A stretch of DNA of 64,000 nucleotides from Paragordius varius (GCA_964247055.1 OZ176050.1:372001-436000); one strand, 5' to 3'; positions 41,004 to 56,200 are shown, numbered from the stretch's first letter. A program made the numbers and translations. The notes: generated by a model from the sequence alone, not told the origin.

Positions 41004-44000
41004 ATGGCTATCTAAAATCCAAATTTGATCAGGTGATGTCACCATAATTTTTTTTGGGTAGCCCTATGGTAGTTCCATCATCACCCCAAATACTTTGGGG
41101 ATCGGACTATAAATGTAATTTTTATGAATTTTTTAAATATTTAAAAAATTTATTTTATACGATTTTAAAAATAAAAATGGCTACCTAAAATCCAAATTTG
41201 ATCAGGTGATGTCACCATAATTTTTTTTGGGTAGCCCTATGGTAGTTCCATCATCACCCCAAATATTTTGGGGATCGGACTATAAATGTAATTTTTATGA
41301 ATTTTTTAAATATTTAAAAAATTTATTTTATACGATTTTAAAAATAAAAATGGCTACCTAAAATCCAAATTTGATCAGGTGATGTCGCCATAATTTTTTT
41401 TGGGTAGTCCTATGGTAGTTCCATCATCACCCCAAATACTTTGGGGATCGGACTATAAATGTAATTTTTATAAATTTTTTAAATATTTAAAAAATTTATT
41501 TTATACGATTTTAAAAATAAAAATGGCTACCTAAAATCCAAATTTGATCAGGTGATGTCACCATAATTTTTTTTGGGTAGCCCTATGGTAGTTCCATCAT
41601 CACCCCAAATATTTTCGAGATTGGAGTATAAATGTAATTTTTATGAATTTTTTAAATATTTAAAAAATTTATTTTATACGATTTTAAAAATAAAAATGGC
41701 TACCTAAAATCCAAATTTGATCAGGTGATGTCACCATAATTTTTTTTGGGTAGCCCTATGGTAGTTCCATCATCACCCCAAATATTGTCGAGATCGGAGT
41801 ATAAATGTAATTTTTATGAATTTTTTAAATATTTAAAAAATTTATTTTATACGATTTTAAAAATAAAAATGGCTATCTAAAATCCAAATTTGATCAGGTG
41901 ATGTCACCATAATTTTTTTTGGGTAGCCCTATGGTAGTTCCATGATCACCCCAAATATTTTGGGGATCGGACTATAAATGTAATTTTTATGAATTTTTTA
42001 AATATTTAAAAAATTTATTTTATACGATTTTAAAAATAAAAATGGCTACCTAAAATCCAAATTTGATCAGGTGATGTCGCCATAATTTTTTTTGGGTAGT
42101 CCTATGGTAGTTCCATCATCACCCCAAATACTTTGGGGATCGGACTATAAATGTAATTTTTATAAATTTTTTAAATATTTAAAAAATTTATTTTATACGA
42201 TTTTAAAAATAAAAATGGCTACCTAAAATCCAAATTTCATCAGGTGATGTCACCATAATTTTTTTTGGGTAGCCCTATGGTAGTTCCATCATCACCCCAA
42301 ATATTTTCGAGATTGGAGTATAAATGTAATTTTTATGAATTTTTTAAATATTTAAAAAATTTATTTTATACGATTTTAAAAATAAAAATGGCTACCTAAA
42401 ATCCAAATTTGATCAGGTGATGTCACCATAATTTTTTTTGGGTAGCCCTATGGTAGTTCCATCATCACCCCAAATATTTTGGGGATCGGACTATAAATGT
42501 AATTTTTATGAATTTTTTAAATATTTAAAAAATTTATTTTATACGATTTTAAAAATAAAAATGGCTACCTAAAATCCAAATTTGATCAGGTGATGTCGCC
42601 ATAATTTTTTTTACGTAGCCCTATGGTAGTTCCATCATCACCCCAAATATTTTGGGGATCGGACTATAAATGTAATTTTTATGAATTTTTTAAATATTTA
42701 AAAAATTTATTTTATACGATTTTAAAAATAAAAATGGCTACCTAAAATCCAAATTTGATCAGGTGATGTCACCTTAATTTTTTTTGGGTAGCCCTATGGT
42801 AGTTCCATCATCACCCCAAATATTTTCGAGATCGGAGTATAAATGTAATTTTTATGAATTTTTTAAATATTTAAAAAATTTATTTTATACGATTTTAAAA
42901 ATAAAAATGGCTACCTAAAATCCAAATTTGATCAGGTGATGTCACCATAATTTTTTTTGGGTAGCCCTATGGTAGTTCCATCATCACCCCAAATATTGTC
43001 GAGATCGGATTATAAATGTAATTTTTTTGAATTTTTTAAATATTTAAAAAATTTATTTTATACGATTTTAAAAATAAAAATGGCTACCTAAAATCCAAAT
43101 TTGATCAGGTGATGTCACCATAATTTTTTTTGGGTAGCCCTATGGTAGTTCCATCATCACCCCAAATATTTTCGAGATCGGAGTATAAATGTAATTTTTA
43201 TGAATTTTTTAAATATTTAAAAAATTTATTTTATACGATTTTAAAAATAAAAATGGCTACCTAAAATCCAAATTTGATCAGGTGATGTCACTATAATTTT
43301 TTTGGGTAGCCCTATGGTAGTTCCATCATCACACCAAATATTTTGGGGATCGGACTATAAATGTAATTTTTATGAATTTTTTAAATATTTAAAAAATTTA
43401 TTTTATACGATTTTAAAAATAAAAATGGCTACCTAAAATCCAAATTTGATCAGGTGATGTCGCCATAATTTTTTTTGGGTAGCCCTATGGTAGTTCCATC
43501 ATCACCCCGAATATTTTGGGGATCGGAGTATAAATGTAATTTTTATGAATTTTTTAAATATTTAAAAAATTTATTTTATACGATTTTAAAAATAAAAATG
43601 GCTACCTAAAATCCAAATTTGATCAGGTGATGTCGCCATAATTTTTTTTGGGTAGCCCTATGGTAGTTCCATCATCACCCCGAATACTTTGGGGATCTGA
43701 CTATAAATGTAATTTTTATGAATTTTTTAAATATTTTAAAAATTTATTTTATACGATTTTAAAAATAAAAATGGCTACCTAAAATCCAAATTTGATCAGG
43801 TGATGTCGCCATAATTTTTTTTGGGTAGCCCTATAGTAGTTCCATCATCACCCCAAATATTTTGGGGATCCGACTATAAATGTAATTTTTATGAATTTTT
43901 TAAATATTTGAAAAATTTATTTTATACGATTTAAAAAAAAAAAAATGGCTACCTAAAATCCAAATTTGATCAGGTGATGTCACCATAATTTTTTTTGGGT

Positions 44001-47000
44001 AGCCCTATGGTAGTTCCATCATCACCCCAAATATTTTCGAGATCGGAGTATAAATGTAATTTTTATAAATTTTTTAAATATTTAAAAAATTTATTTTATA
44101 CGATTTTAAAAATAAAAATGGCTACCTAAAATCCAAATTTGATCAGGTGATGTCGCCATAATTTTTTTTGGGTAGCCCTATGGTAGTTCCATCATCACCC
44201 CAAATATTTTGGGGATCGGACTATAAATGTAATTTTTATGAATTTTTTAAATATTTAAAAAATTTATTTTATACGATTTTAAAAATAAAAATGGCTACCT
44301 AAAATCCAAATTTGATCAGGTGATGTCACTATAATTTTTTTGGGTAGCCCTATGGTAGTTCCATCATAACCCCAAATATTTTGGGGATCGGACTATAAAT
44401 GTAATTTTTATGAATTTTTTAAATATTTAAAAAATTTATTTTATACGATTTTAAAAATAAAAATGGCTACCTAAAATCCAAATTTGATCAGGTGATGTCG
44501 CCATAATTTTTTTTGGGTAGCCCTATGGTAGTTCCATCATCACCCCAAATATTTTGGGGATCGGATTTTAAATGTAATTTTTATGAATTTTTTAAATATT
44601 TAAAAAATTTATTTTATACGATTTTAAAAATAAAAATGGCTACCTAAAATCCAAATTTGATCAGGTGATGTCACCATAATTTTTTTTGGGTAGCCCTATG
44701 ATAGTTCCATCATCACCCCAAATATTTTCGAGATCGGAGTATAAATGTAATTTTTATGAATTTTTTAAATATTTAAAAAATTTATTTTATACGATTTTAA
44801 AAATAAAAATGGCTACCTAAAATCCAAATTTGATCAGGTGATGTCACTATAATTTTTTTGGGTAGCCTATGGTAGTTCCATCATCACCCCAAATATTTTG
44901 GGGATCGGAGTATAAATGTAATTTTTATGAATTTTTTAAATATTTATTTATTTTATACGATTTTAAAAATAAAAATGGCTACCTAAAATCCAAATTTGAT
45001 CAGGTGATGTCGCCATAATTTTTTTTGGGTAGCCCTATGGTAGTTCCATCATCACCCCGAATATTTTGGGGATCGGAGTATAAATGTAATTTTTATGAAT
45101 TTTTTAAATATTTAAAAAATTTATTTTATACGATTTTAAAAATAAAAATGGCTACCTAAAATCCAAATTTGATCAGGTGATGTCGCCATAATTTTTTTTG
45201 GGTAGCCCTATGGTAGTTCCATCATCACCCCGAATACTTTGGGGATCGGACTATAAATGTAATTTTTATGAATTTTTTAAATATTTAAAAAATTTATTTT
45301 ATACGATTTTAAAAATAAAAATGGCTACCTAAAATCCAAATTTGATCAGGTGATGTCGCCAAAATTTTTTTTGGGTAGCCCTATGGTAGTTCCATCATCA
45401 ACCCAAATATTGTCGAGATCGGAGTATAAATGTAATTTTTTTGAATTTTTTAAATATTTAAAAAATTTATTTTATACGATTTTAAAAATAAAAATGGCTA
45501 CCTAAAATCCAAATTTGATCAGGTGATGTCACCATAATTTTTTTGGGTAGCCCTATGGTAGTTCCATCATCACCCCAAATATTTTCGAGATCGGAGTATA
45601 AATGTAATTTTTATAAATTTTTTAAATATTTAAAAAATTTATTTTATACGATTTTAAAAATAAAAATGGCTACCTAAAATCCAAATTTGATCAGGTGATG
45701 TCGCCATAATTTTTTTTGGGTAGCCCTATGGTAGTTCCATCATCACCCCAAATATTTTGGGGATCGGACTATAAATGTAATTTTTATGAATTTTTTAAAT
45801 ATTTAAAAAATTTATTTTATACGATTTTAAAAATAAAAATGGCTACCTAAAATCCAAATTTGATCAGGTGATGTCGCCATGATTTTTTTTGGGTAGCCCT
45901 ATGGTAGTTCCATCATCACCCCAAATATTTTCGAGATCGGAGTATAAATATAATTTTTATGAATTTCTTAAATATTTAAAAAATTTATTTTATACGATTT
46001 TAAAAATAAAAATGGCTACCTAAAATCCAAATTTGATCAGGTGATGTCACCATAATTTTTTTTGGGTAGCCCTATGGTAGTTCCATCATCACCCCAAATA
46101 TTGTCGAGATCGGAGTATAAATGTAATTTTTATGAATTTTTTAAATATTTAAAAAATTTATTTTATACGATTTTAAAAATAAAAATGGCTATCTAAAATC
46201 CAAATTTGATCAGGTGATGTCACCATAATTTTTTTTGGGTAGCCCTATGGTAGTTCCATCATCACCCCAAATACTTTGGGGATCGGACTATAAATGTAAT
46301 TTTTATGAATTTTTTAAATATTTAAAAAATTTATTTTATACGATTTTAAAAATAAAAATGGCTACCTAAAATCCAAATTTGATCAGGTGATGTCACCATA
46401 ATTTTTTTTGGGTAGCCCTATGGTAGTTCCATCATCACCCCAAATATTTTGGGGATCGGACTATAAATGTAATTTTTATGAATTTTTTAAATATTTAAAA
46501 AATTTATTTTATACGATTTTAAAAATAAAAATGGCTACCTAAAATCCAAATTTGATCAGGTGATGTCGCCATAATTTTTTTTGGGTAGTCCTATGGTAGT
46601 TCCATCATCACCCCAAATACTTTGGGGATCGGACTATAAATGTAATTTTTATAAATTTTTTAAATATTTAAAAAATTTATTTTATACGATTTTAAAAATA
46701 AAAATGGCTACCTAAAATCCAAATTTGATCAGGTGATGTCACCATAATTTTTTTTGGGTAGCCCTATGGTAGTTCCATCATCACCCCAAATATTTTCGAG
46801 ATTGGAGTATAAATGTAATTTTTATGAATTTTTTAAATATTTAAAAAATTTATTTTATACGATTTTAAAAATAAAAATGGCTACCTAAAATCCAAATTTG
46901 ATCAGGTGATGTCACCATAATTTTTTTTGGGTAGCCCTATGGTAGTTCCATCATCACCCCAAATATTGTCGAGATCGGAGTATAAATGTAATTTTTATGA

Positions 47001-50000
47001 ATTTTTTAAATATTTAAAAAATTTATTTTATACGATTTTAAAAATAAAAATGGCTATCTAAAATCCAAATTTCATCAGGTGATGTCACCATAATTTTTTT
47101 TGGGTAGCCCTATGGTAGTTCCATCATCACCCCAAATATTTTCGAGATTGGAGTATAAATGTAATTTTTATGAATTTTTTAAATATTTAAAAAATTTATT
47201 TTATACGATTTTAAAAATAAAAATGGCTACCTAAAATCCAAATTTGATCAGGTGATGTCACCATAATTTTTTTTGGGTAGCCCTATGGTAGTTCCATCAT
47301 CACCCCAAATATTTTGGGGATCGGACTATAAATGTAATTTTTATGAATTTTTTAAATATTTAAAAAATTTATTTTATACGATTTTAAAAATAAAAATGGC
47401 TACCTAAAATCCAAATTTGATCAGGTGATGTCGCCATAATTTTTTTTACGTAGCCCTATGGTAGTTCCATCATCACCCCAAATATTTTGGGGATCGGACT
47501 ATAAATGTAATTTTTATGAATTTTTTAAATATTTAAAAAATTTATTTTATACGATTTTAAAAATAAAAATGGCTACCTAAAATCCAAATTTGATCAGGTG
47601 ATGTCACCTTAATTTTTTTTGGGTAGCCCTATGGTAGTTCCATCATCACCCCAAATATTTTCGAGATCGGAGTATAAATGTAATTTTTATGAATTTTTTA
47701 AATATTTAAAAAATTTATTTTATACGATTTTAAAAATAAAAATGGCTACCTAAAATCCAAATTTGATCAGGTGATGTCACCATAATTTTTTTTGGGTAGC
47801 CCTATGGTAGTTCCATCATCACCCCAAATATTGTCGAGATCGGATTATAAATGTAATTTTTTTGAATTTTTTAAATATTTAAAAAATTTATTTTATACGA
47901 TTTTAAAAATAAAAATGGCTACCTAAAATCCAAATTTGATCAGGTGATGTCACCATAATTTTTTTTGGGTAGCCCTATGGTAGTTCCATCATCACCCCAA
48001 ATATTTTCGAGATCGGAGTATAAATGTAATTTTTATGAATTTTTTAAATATTTAAAAAATTTATTTTATACGATTTTAAAAATAAAAATGGCTACCTAAA
48101 ATCCAAATTTGATCAGGTGATGTCACTATAATTTTTTTGGGTAGCCCTATGGTAGTTCCATCATCACACCAAATATTTTGGGGATCGGACTATAAATGTA
48201 ATTTTTATGAATTTTTTAAATATTTAAAAAATTTATTTTATACGATTTTAAAAATAAAAATGGCTACCTAAAATCCAAATTTGATCAGGTGATGTCGCCA
48301 TAATTTTTTTTGGGTAGCCCTATGGTAGTTCCATCATCACCCCGAATATTTTGGGGATCGGAGTATAAATGTAATTTTTATGAATTTTTTAAATATTTAA
48401 AAAATTTATTTTATACGATTTTAAAAATAAAAATGGCTACCTAAAATCCAAATTTGATCAGGTGATGTCGCCATAATTTTTTTTGGGTAGCCCTATGGTA
48501 GTTCCATCATCACCCCGAATACTTTGGGGATCTGACTATAAATGTAATTTTTATGAATTTTTTAAATATTTTAAAAATTTATTTTATACGATTTTAAAAA
48601 TAAAAATGGCTACCTAAAATCCAAATTTGATCAGGTGATGTCGCCATAATTTTTTTTGGGTAGCCCTATAGTAGTTCCATCATCACCCCAAATATTTTGG
48701 GGATCCGACTATAAATGTAATTTTTATGAATTTTTTAAATATTTGAAAAATTTATTTTATACGATTTAAAAAAAAAAAAATGGCTACCTAAAATCCAAAT
48801 TTGATCAGGTGATGTCACCATAATTTTTTTTGGGTAGCCCTATGGTAGTTCCATCATCACCCCAAATATTTTCGAGATCGGAGTATAAATGTAATTTTTA
48901 TAAATTTTTTAAATATTTAAAAAATTTATTTTATACGATTTTAAAAATAAAAATGGCTACCTAAAATCCAAATTTGATCAGGTGATGTCGCCATAATTTT
49001 TTTTGGGTAGCCCTATGGTAGTTCCATCATCACCCCAAATATTTTGGGGATCGGACTATAAATGTAATTTTTATGAATTTTTTAAATATTTAAAAAATTT
49101 ATTTTATACGATTTTAAAAATAAAAATGGCTACCTAAAATCCAAATTTGATCAGGTGATGTCACTATAATTTTTTTGGGTAGCCCTATGGTAGTTCCATC
49201 ATAACCCCAAATATTTTGGGGATCGGACTATAAATGTAATTTTTATGAATTTTTTAAATATTTAAAAAATTTATTTTATACGATTTTAAAAATAAAAATG
49301 GCTACCTAAAATCCAAATTTGATCAGGTGATGTCGCCATAATTTTTTTTGGGTAGCCCTATGGTAGTTCCATCATCACCCCAAATATTTTGGGGATCGGA
49401 TTTTAAATGTAATTTTTATGAATTTTTTAAATATTTAAAAAATTTATTTTATACGATTTTAAAAATAAAAATGGCTACCTAAAATCCAAATTTGATCAGG
49501 TGATGTCACCATAATTTTTTTTGGGTAGCCCTATGATAGTTCCATCATCACCCCAAATATTTTCGAGATCGGAGTATAAATGTAATTTTTATGAATTTTT
49601 TAAATATTTAAAAAATTTATTTTATACGATTTTAAAAATAAAAATGGCTACCTAAAATCCAAATTTGATCAGGTGATGTCACTATAATTTTTTTGGGTAG
49701 CCTATGGTAGTTCCATCATCACCCCAAATATTTTGGGGATCGGAGTATAAATGTAATTTTTATGAATTTTTTAAATATTTATTTATTTTATACGATTTTA
49801 AAAATAAAAATGGCTACCTAAAATCCAAATTTGATCAGGTGATGTCGCCATAATTTTTTTTGGGTAGCCCTATGGTAGTTCCATCATCACCCCGAATATT
49901 TTGGGGATCGGAGTATAAATGTAATTTTTATGAATTTTTTAAATATTTAAAAAATTTATTTTATACGATTTTAAAAATAAAAATGGCTACCTAAAATCCA

Positions 50001-53000
50001 AATTTGATCAGGTGATGTCGCCATAATTTTTTTTGGGTAGCCCTATGGTAGTTCCATCATCACCCCGAATACTTTGGGGATCGGACTATAAATGTAATTT
50101 TTATGAATTTTTTAAATATTTAAAAAATTTATTTTATACGATTTTAAAAATAAAAATGGCTACCTAAAATCCAAATTTGATCAGGTGATGTCGCCAAAAT
50201 TTTTTTTGGGTAGCCCTATGGTAGTTCCATCATCAACCCAAATATTGTCGAGATCGGAGTATAAATGTAATTTTTTTGAATTTTTTAAATATTTAAAAAA
50301 TTTATTTTATACGATTTTAAAAATAAAAATGGCTACCTAAAATCCAAATTTGATCAGGTGATGTCACCATAATTTTTTTGGGTAGCCCTATGGTAGTTCC
50401 ATCATCACCCCAAATATTTTCGAGATCGGAGTATAAATGTAATTTTTATAAATTTTTTAAATATTTAAAAAATTTATTTTATACGATTTTAAAAATAAAA
50501 ATGGCTACCTAAAATCCAAATTTGATCAGGTGATGTCGCCATAATTTTTTTTGGGTAGCCCTATGGTAGTTCCATCATCACACCAAATATTTTGGGGATC
50601 GGACTATAAATGTAATTTTTATGAATTTTTTAAATATTTAAAAAATTTATTTTATACGATTTTAAAAATAAAAATGGCTACCTAAAATCCAAATTTGATC
50701 AGGTGATGTCGCCATAATTTTTTTTGGGTAGCCCTATGGTAGTTCCATCATCACCCCGAATATTTTGGGGATCGGAGTATAAATGTAATTTTTATGAATT
50801 TTTTAAATATTTAAAAAATTTATTTTATACGATTTTAAAAATAAAAATGGCTACCTAAAATCCAAATTTGATCAGGTGATGTCGCCATAATTTTTTTTGG
50901 GTAGCCCTATGGTAGTTCCATCATCACCCCGAATACTTTGGGGATCTGACTATAAATGTAATTTTTATGAATTTTTTAAATATTTTAAAAATTTATTTTA
51001 TACGATTTTAAAAATAAAAATGGCTACCTAAAATCCAAATTTGATCAGGTGATGTCGCCATAATTTTTTTTGGGTAGCCCTATAGTAGTTCCATCATCAC
51101 CCCAAATATTTTGGGGATCCGACTATAAATGTAATTTTTATGAATTTTTTAAATATTTGAAAAATTTATTTTATACGATTTAAAAAAAAAAAAATGGCTA
51201 CCTAAAATCCAAATTTGATCAGGTGATGTCACCATAATTTTTTTTGGGTAGCCCTATGGTAGTTCCATCATCACCCCAAATATTTTCGAGATCGGAGTAT
51301 AAATGTAATTTTTATAAATTTTTTAAATATTTAAAAAATTTATTTTATACGATTTTAAAAATAAAAATGGCTACCTAAAATCCAAATTTGATCAGGTGAT
51401 GTCGCCATAATTTTTTTTGGGTAGCCCTATGGTAGTTCCATCATCACCCCAAATATTTTGGGGATCGGACTATAAATGTAATTTTTATGAATTTTTTAAA
51501 TATTTAAAAAATTTATTTTATACGATTTTAAAAATAAAAATGGCTACCTAAAATCCAAATTTGATCAGGTGATGTCACTATAATTTTTTTGGGTAGCCCT
51601 ATGGTAGTTCCATCATAACCCCAAATATTTTGGGGATCGGACTATAAATGTAATTTTTATGAATTTTTTAAATATTTAAAAAATTTATTTTATACGATTT
51701 TAAAAATAAAAATGGCTACCTAAAATCCAAATTTGATCAGGTGATGTCGCCATAATTTTTTTTGGGTAGCCCTATGGTAGTTCCATCATCACCCCAAATA
51801 TTTTGGGGATCGGATTTTAAATGTAATTTTTATGAATTTTTTAAATATTTAAAAAATTTATTTTATACGATTTTAAAAATAAAAATGGCTACCTAAAATC
51901 CAAATTTGATCAGGTGATGTCACCATAATTTTTTTTGGGTAGCCCTATGATAGTTCCATCATCACCCCAAATATTTTCGAGATCGGAGTATAAATGTAAT
52001 TTTTATGAATTTTTTAAATATTTAAAAAATTTATTTTATACGATTTTAAAAATAAAAATGGCTACCTAAAATCCAAATTTGATCAGGTGATGTCACTATA
52101 ATTTTTTTGGGTAGCCTATGGTAGTTCCATCATCACCCCAAATATTTTGGGGATCGGAGTATAAATGTAATTTTTATGAATTTTTTAAATATTTATTTAT
52201 TTTATACGATTTTAAAAATAAAAATGGCTACCTAAAATCCAAATTTGATCAGGTGATGTCGCCATAATTTTTTTTGGGTAGCCCTATGGTAGTTCCATCA
52301 TCACCCCGAATATTTTGGGGATCGGAGTATAAATGTAATTTTTATGAATTTTTTAAATATTTAAAAAATTTATTTTATACGATTTTAAAAATAAAAATGG
52401 CTACCTAAAATCCAAATTTGATCAGGTGATGTCGCCATAATTTTTTTTGGGTAGCCCTATGGTAGTTCCATCATCACCCCGAATACTTTGGGGATCGGAC
52501 TATAAATGTAATTTTTATGAATTTTTTAAATATTTAAAAAATTTATTTTATACGATTTTAAAAATAAAAATGGCTACCTAAAATCCAAATTTGATCAGGT
52601 GATGTCGCCAAAATTTTTTTTGGGTAGCCCTATGGTAGTTCCATCATCAACCCAAATATTGTCGAGATCGGAGTATAAATGTAATTTTTTTGAATTTTTT
52701 AAATATTTAAAAAATTTATTTTATACGATTTTAAAAATAAAAATGGCTACCTAAAATCCAAATTTGATCAGGTGATGTCACCATAATTTTTTTGGGTAGC
52801 CCTATGGTAGTTCCATCATCACCCCAAATATTTTCGAGATCGGAGTATAAATGTAATTTTTATAAATTTTTTAAATATTTAAAAAATTTATTTTATACGA
52901 TTTTAAAAATAAAAATGGCTACCTAAAATCCAAATTTGATCAGGTGATGTCGCCATAATTTTTTTTGGGTAGCCCTATGGTAGTTCCATCATCACCCCAA

Positions 53001-53260
53001 ATATTTTGGGGATCGGACTATAAATGTAATTTTTATGAATTTTTTAAATATTTAAAAAATTTATTTTATACGATTTTAAAAATAAAAATGGCTACCTAAA
53101 ATCCAAATTTGATCAGGTGATGTCGCCATGATTTTTTTTGGGTAGCCCTATGGTAGTTCCATCATCACCCCAAATATTTTCGAGATCGGAGTATAAATAT
53201 AATTTTTATGAATTTCTTAAATATTTAAAAAATTTATTTTATACGATTTTAAAAATAAAA
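40831..53260 (+). repeat. 30-monomer block (40831-46011, 5181 bp) followed by a derived 42-monomer copy (46012-53260) that has lost 2 units and tandemly duplicated a 14-mer
   Basis: Offsets are 5181 (GTAGTC at 41404 and 46585), 4835 (TCTGA at 43696 and 48531), 2414 (48531 and 50945) and 7249 (GCCATGA units at 45839 and 53088). 5181-346=4835 and 4835+2414=7249. Confidence 0.9.
43253..52914 (+). repeat. 14-monomer unit in three copies (43253-45665, 48088-50500, 50501-52914; period about 2414 bp)
   Basis: The ordered markers CACACC, GATCTGAC, GGATCCGA plus A13, CATAAC, GGATTT, CTATGATAG, AGCCTAT plus 5-bp deletion, and GCCAAAA recur in all three copies. Confidence 0.92.
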
Positions 53261-56200
53261 ATGGCTACCTAAAATCCAAATTTGATCAGGTGATGTCACT
53301 ATAATTTTTTTGGGTAGCCCTATGGTAGTTCCATCATCACCCCAAATATTTTGGGGATCGGAGTATAAATGTAATTTTTATGAATTTTTTAAATATTTAT
53401 TTATTTTATACGATTTTAAAAATAAAAATGGCTACCTAAAATCCAAATTTGATCAGGTGATGTCACCATAATTTTTTTTGGGTAGCCCTATGGTAGTTCC
53501 ATCATCACCCCGAATACTTTGGGGATCGGACTATAAATGTAATTTTTATGAATTTTTTAAATATTTAAAAAATTTATTTTATACGATTTTAAAAATAAAA
53601 ATGGCTACCTAAAATCCAAATTTGATCAGGTGATGTCGCCAAAATTTTTTTTGGGTAGCCCTATAGTAGTTCCATCATCACCAAAAATATTTTGGGGATC
53701 GGAGTATAAATGTAATTTTTATGAATTTTTTATATATTTAAAAAATTTATTTTATACGATTTTAAAAATAAAAATGGCTACCTAAAATCCAAATTTGATC
53801 AGGTGATGTCACCATAATTTTTTTTGGGTAGCCCTATGGTAGTTCCATCATCAACCCAAATATTGTCGAGATCGGAGTATAAATGTAATTTTTTTGAATT
53901 TTTTAAATATTTAAAAAATTTATTTTATACGATTTTAAAAATAAAAATGGCTACCTAAAATCCAAATTTGATCAGGTGATGTCGCCATAATTTTTTTTGG
54001 GTAGCCCTATGGTAGTTCCATCATCACCCCGAATACTTTGGGGATCGGACTATAAATGTAATTTTTATGAATTTTTTAAATATTTAAAAAATTTATTTTA
54101 TACGATTTTAAAAATAAAAATGGCTACCTAAAATCCAAGTTTGATCAGGTGATGTCGCCATAATTTTTTTTGGGTAGCCCTATAGTAGTTCCATCATCAC
54201 CCCAAATTTTTTGGGGATCCGACTATAAATGTAATTTTTATGAATTTTTTAAATATTTGAAAAATTTATTTTATACGATTTTAAAAATAAATATGGCTAC
54301 CTAAAATCCAAATTTGATCAGGTGATGTCACCATAATTTTTTTTGGGTAGCCCTATGGTAGTTCCATCATCACCCCAAATATTTTCGAGATCGGAGTATA
54401 AATGTAATTTTTATAAATTTTTTAAATATTTAAAAAATTTATTTTATACGATTTTAAAAATAAAAATGGCTACCTAAAATCCAAATTTGATCAGGTGATG
54501 TCACCATAATTTTTTTTGGGTAGCCCTATGGTAGTTCCATCATCACCCCGAATACTTTGGGGATCGGACTATAAATGTAATTTTTATGAATTTTTTAAAT
54601 ATTTAAAAAATTTATTTTATACGATTTTAAAAATAAAAATGGCTACCTAAAATCCAAATTTGATCAGGTGATGTCGCCAAAATTTTTTTTGGGTAGCCCT
54701 ATAGTAGTTCCATCATCACCAAAAATATTTTGGGGATCGGAGTATAAATGTAATTTTTATGAATTTTTTAAATATTTAAAAAATTTATTTTATACGATTT
54801 TAAAAATAAAAATGGCTACCTAAAATCTAAATTTGATCAGGTGATGTCACCATAATTTTTTTTGGGTAGCCCTATGGTAGTTCCATCATCACCCCAAATA
54901 TTTTCGAGATCGGACTATAAATGTAATTTTTATGAATTTTTTAAATATTTAAAAAATTTATTTTATACGATTTTAAAAATAAAAATGGCTACCTAAAATC
55001 CAAATTTGATCAGGTGATGTCACCATAATTTTTTTTGGGTATCCCTATAGTAGTTCCATCATCACCAAAAATATTTTGGGGATCGGAGTATAAATGTAAT
55101 TTTTATGAATTTTTTAAATATTTAAAAAATTTATTTTATACGATTTTAAAAATAAAAATGGCTACCTAAAATCCAAATTTGATCAGGTGATGTCACCATA
55201 ATTTTTTTTGGGTAGCCCTATGGTAGTTCCATCATCAACCCAAATATTGTCGAGATCGGAGTATAAATGTAATTTTTTTGAATTTTTTAAATATTTAAAA
55301 AATTTATTTTATACGATTTTAAAAATAAAAATGGCTACCTAAAATCCAAATTTGATCAGGTGATGTCGCCATAATTTTTTTTGGGTAGCCCTATGGTAGT
55401 TCCATCATCACCCCGAATACTTTGGGGATCGGACTATAAATGTAATTTTTATGAATTTTTTAAATATTTAAAAAATTTATTTTATACGATTTTAAAAATA
55501 AAAATGGCTACCTAAAATCCAAATTTGATCAGGTGATGTCACCATAATTTTTTTTGGGTAGCCCTATGATAGTTCCATCATCACCCCAAATATTTTCGAG
55601 ATCGGAGTATAAATGTAATTTTTATGAATTTTTTAAATATTTAAAAAATTTATTTTATACGATTTTAAAAATAAAAATGGCTACCTAAAATCCAAATTTG
55701 ATCAGGTGATGTCACTATAATTTTTTTGGGTAGCCTATGGTAGTTCCATCATCACCCCAAATATTTTGGGGATCGGAGTATAAATGTAATTTTTATGAAT
55801 TTTTTAAATATTTATTTATTTTATACGATTTTAAAAATAAAAATGGCTACCTAAAATCCAAATTTGATCAGGTGATGTCACCATAATTTTTTTTGGGTAG
55901 CCCTATGGTAGTTCCATCATCACCCCGAATACTTTGGGGATCGGACTATAAATGTAATTTTTATGAATTTTTTAAATATTTAAAAAATTTATTTTATACG
56001 ATTTTAAAAATAAAAATGGCTACCTAAAATCCAAATTTGATCAGGTGATGTCGCCAAAATTTTTTTTGGGTAGCCCTATAGTAGTTCCATCATCACCAAA
56101 AATATTTTGGGGATCGGAGTATAAATGTAATTTTTATGAATTTTTTAAATATTTAAAAAATTTATTTTATACGATTTTAAAAATAAAAATGGCTACCTAA

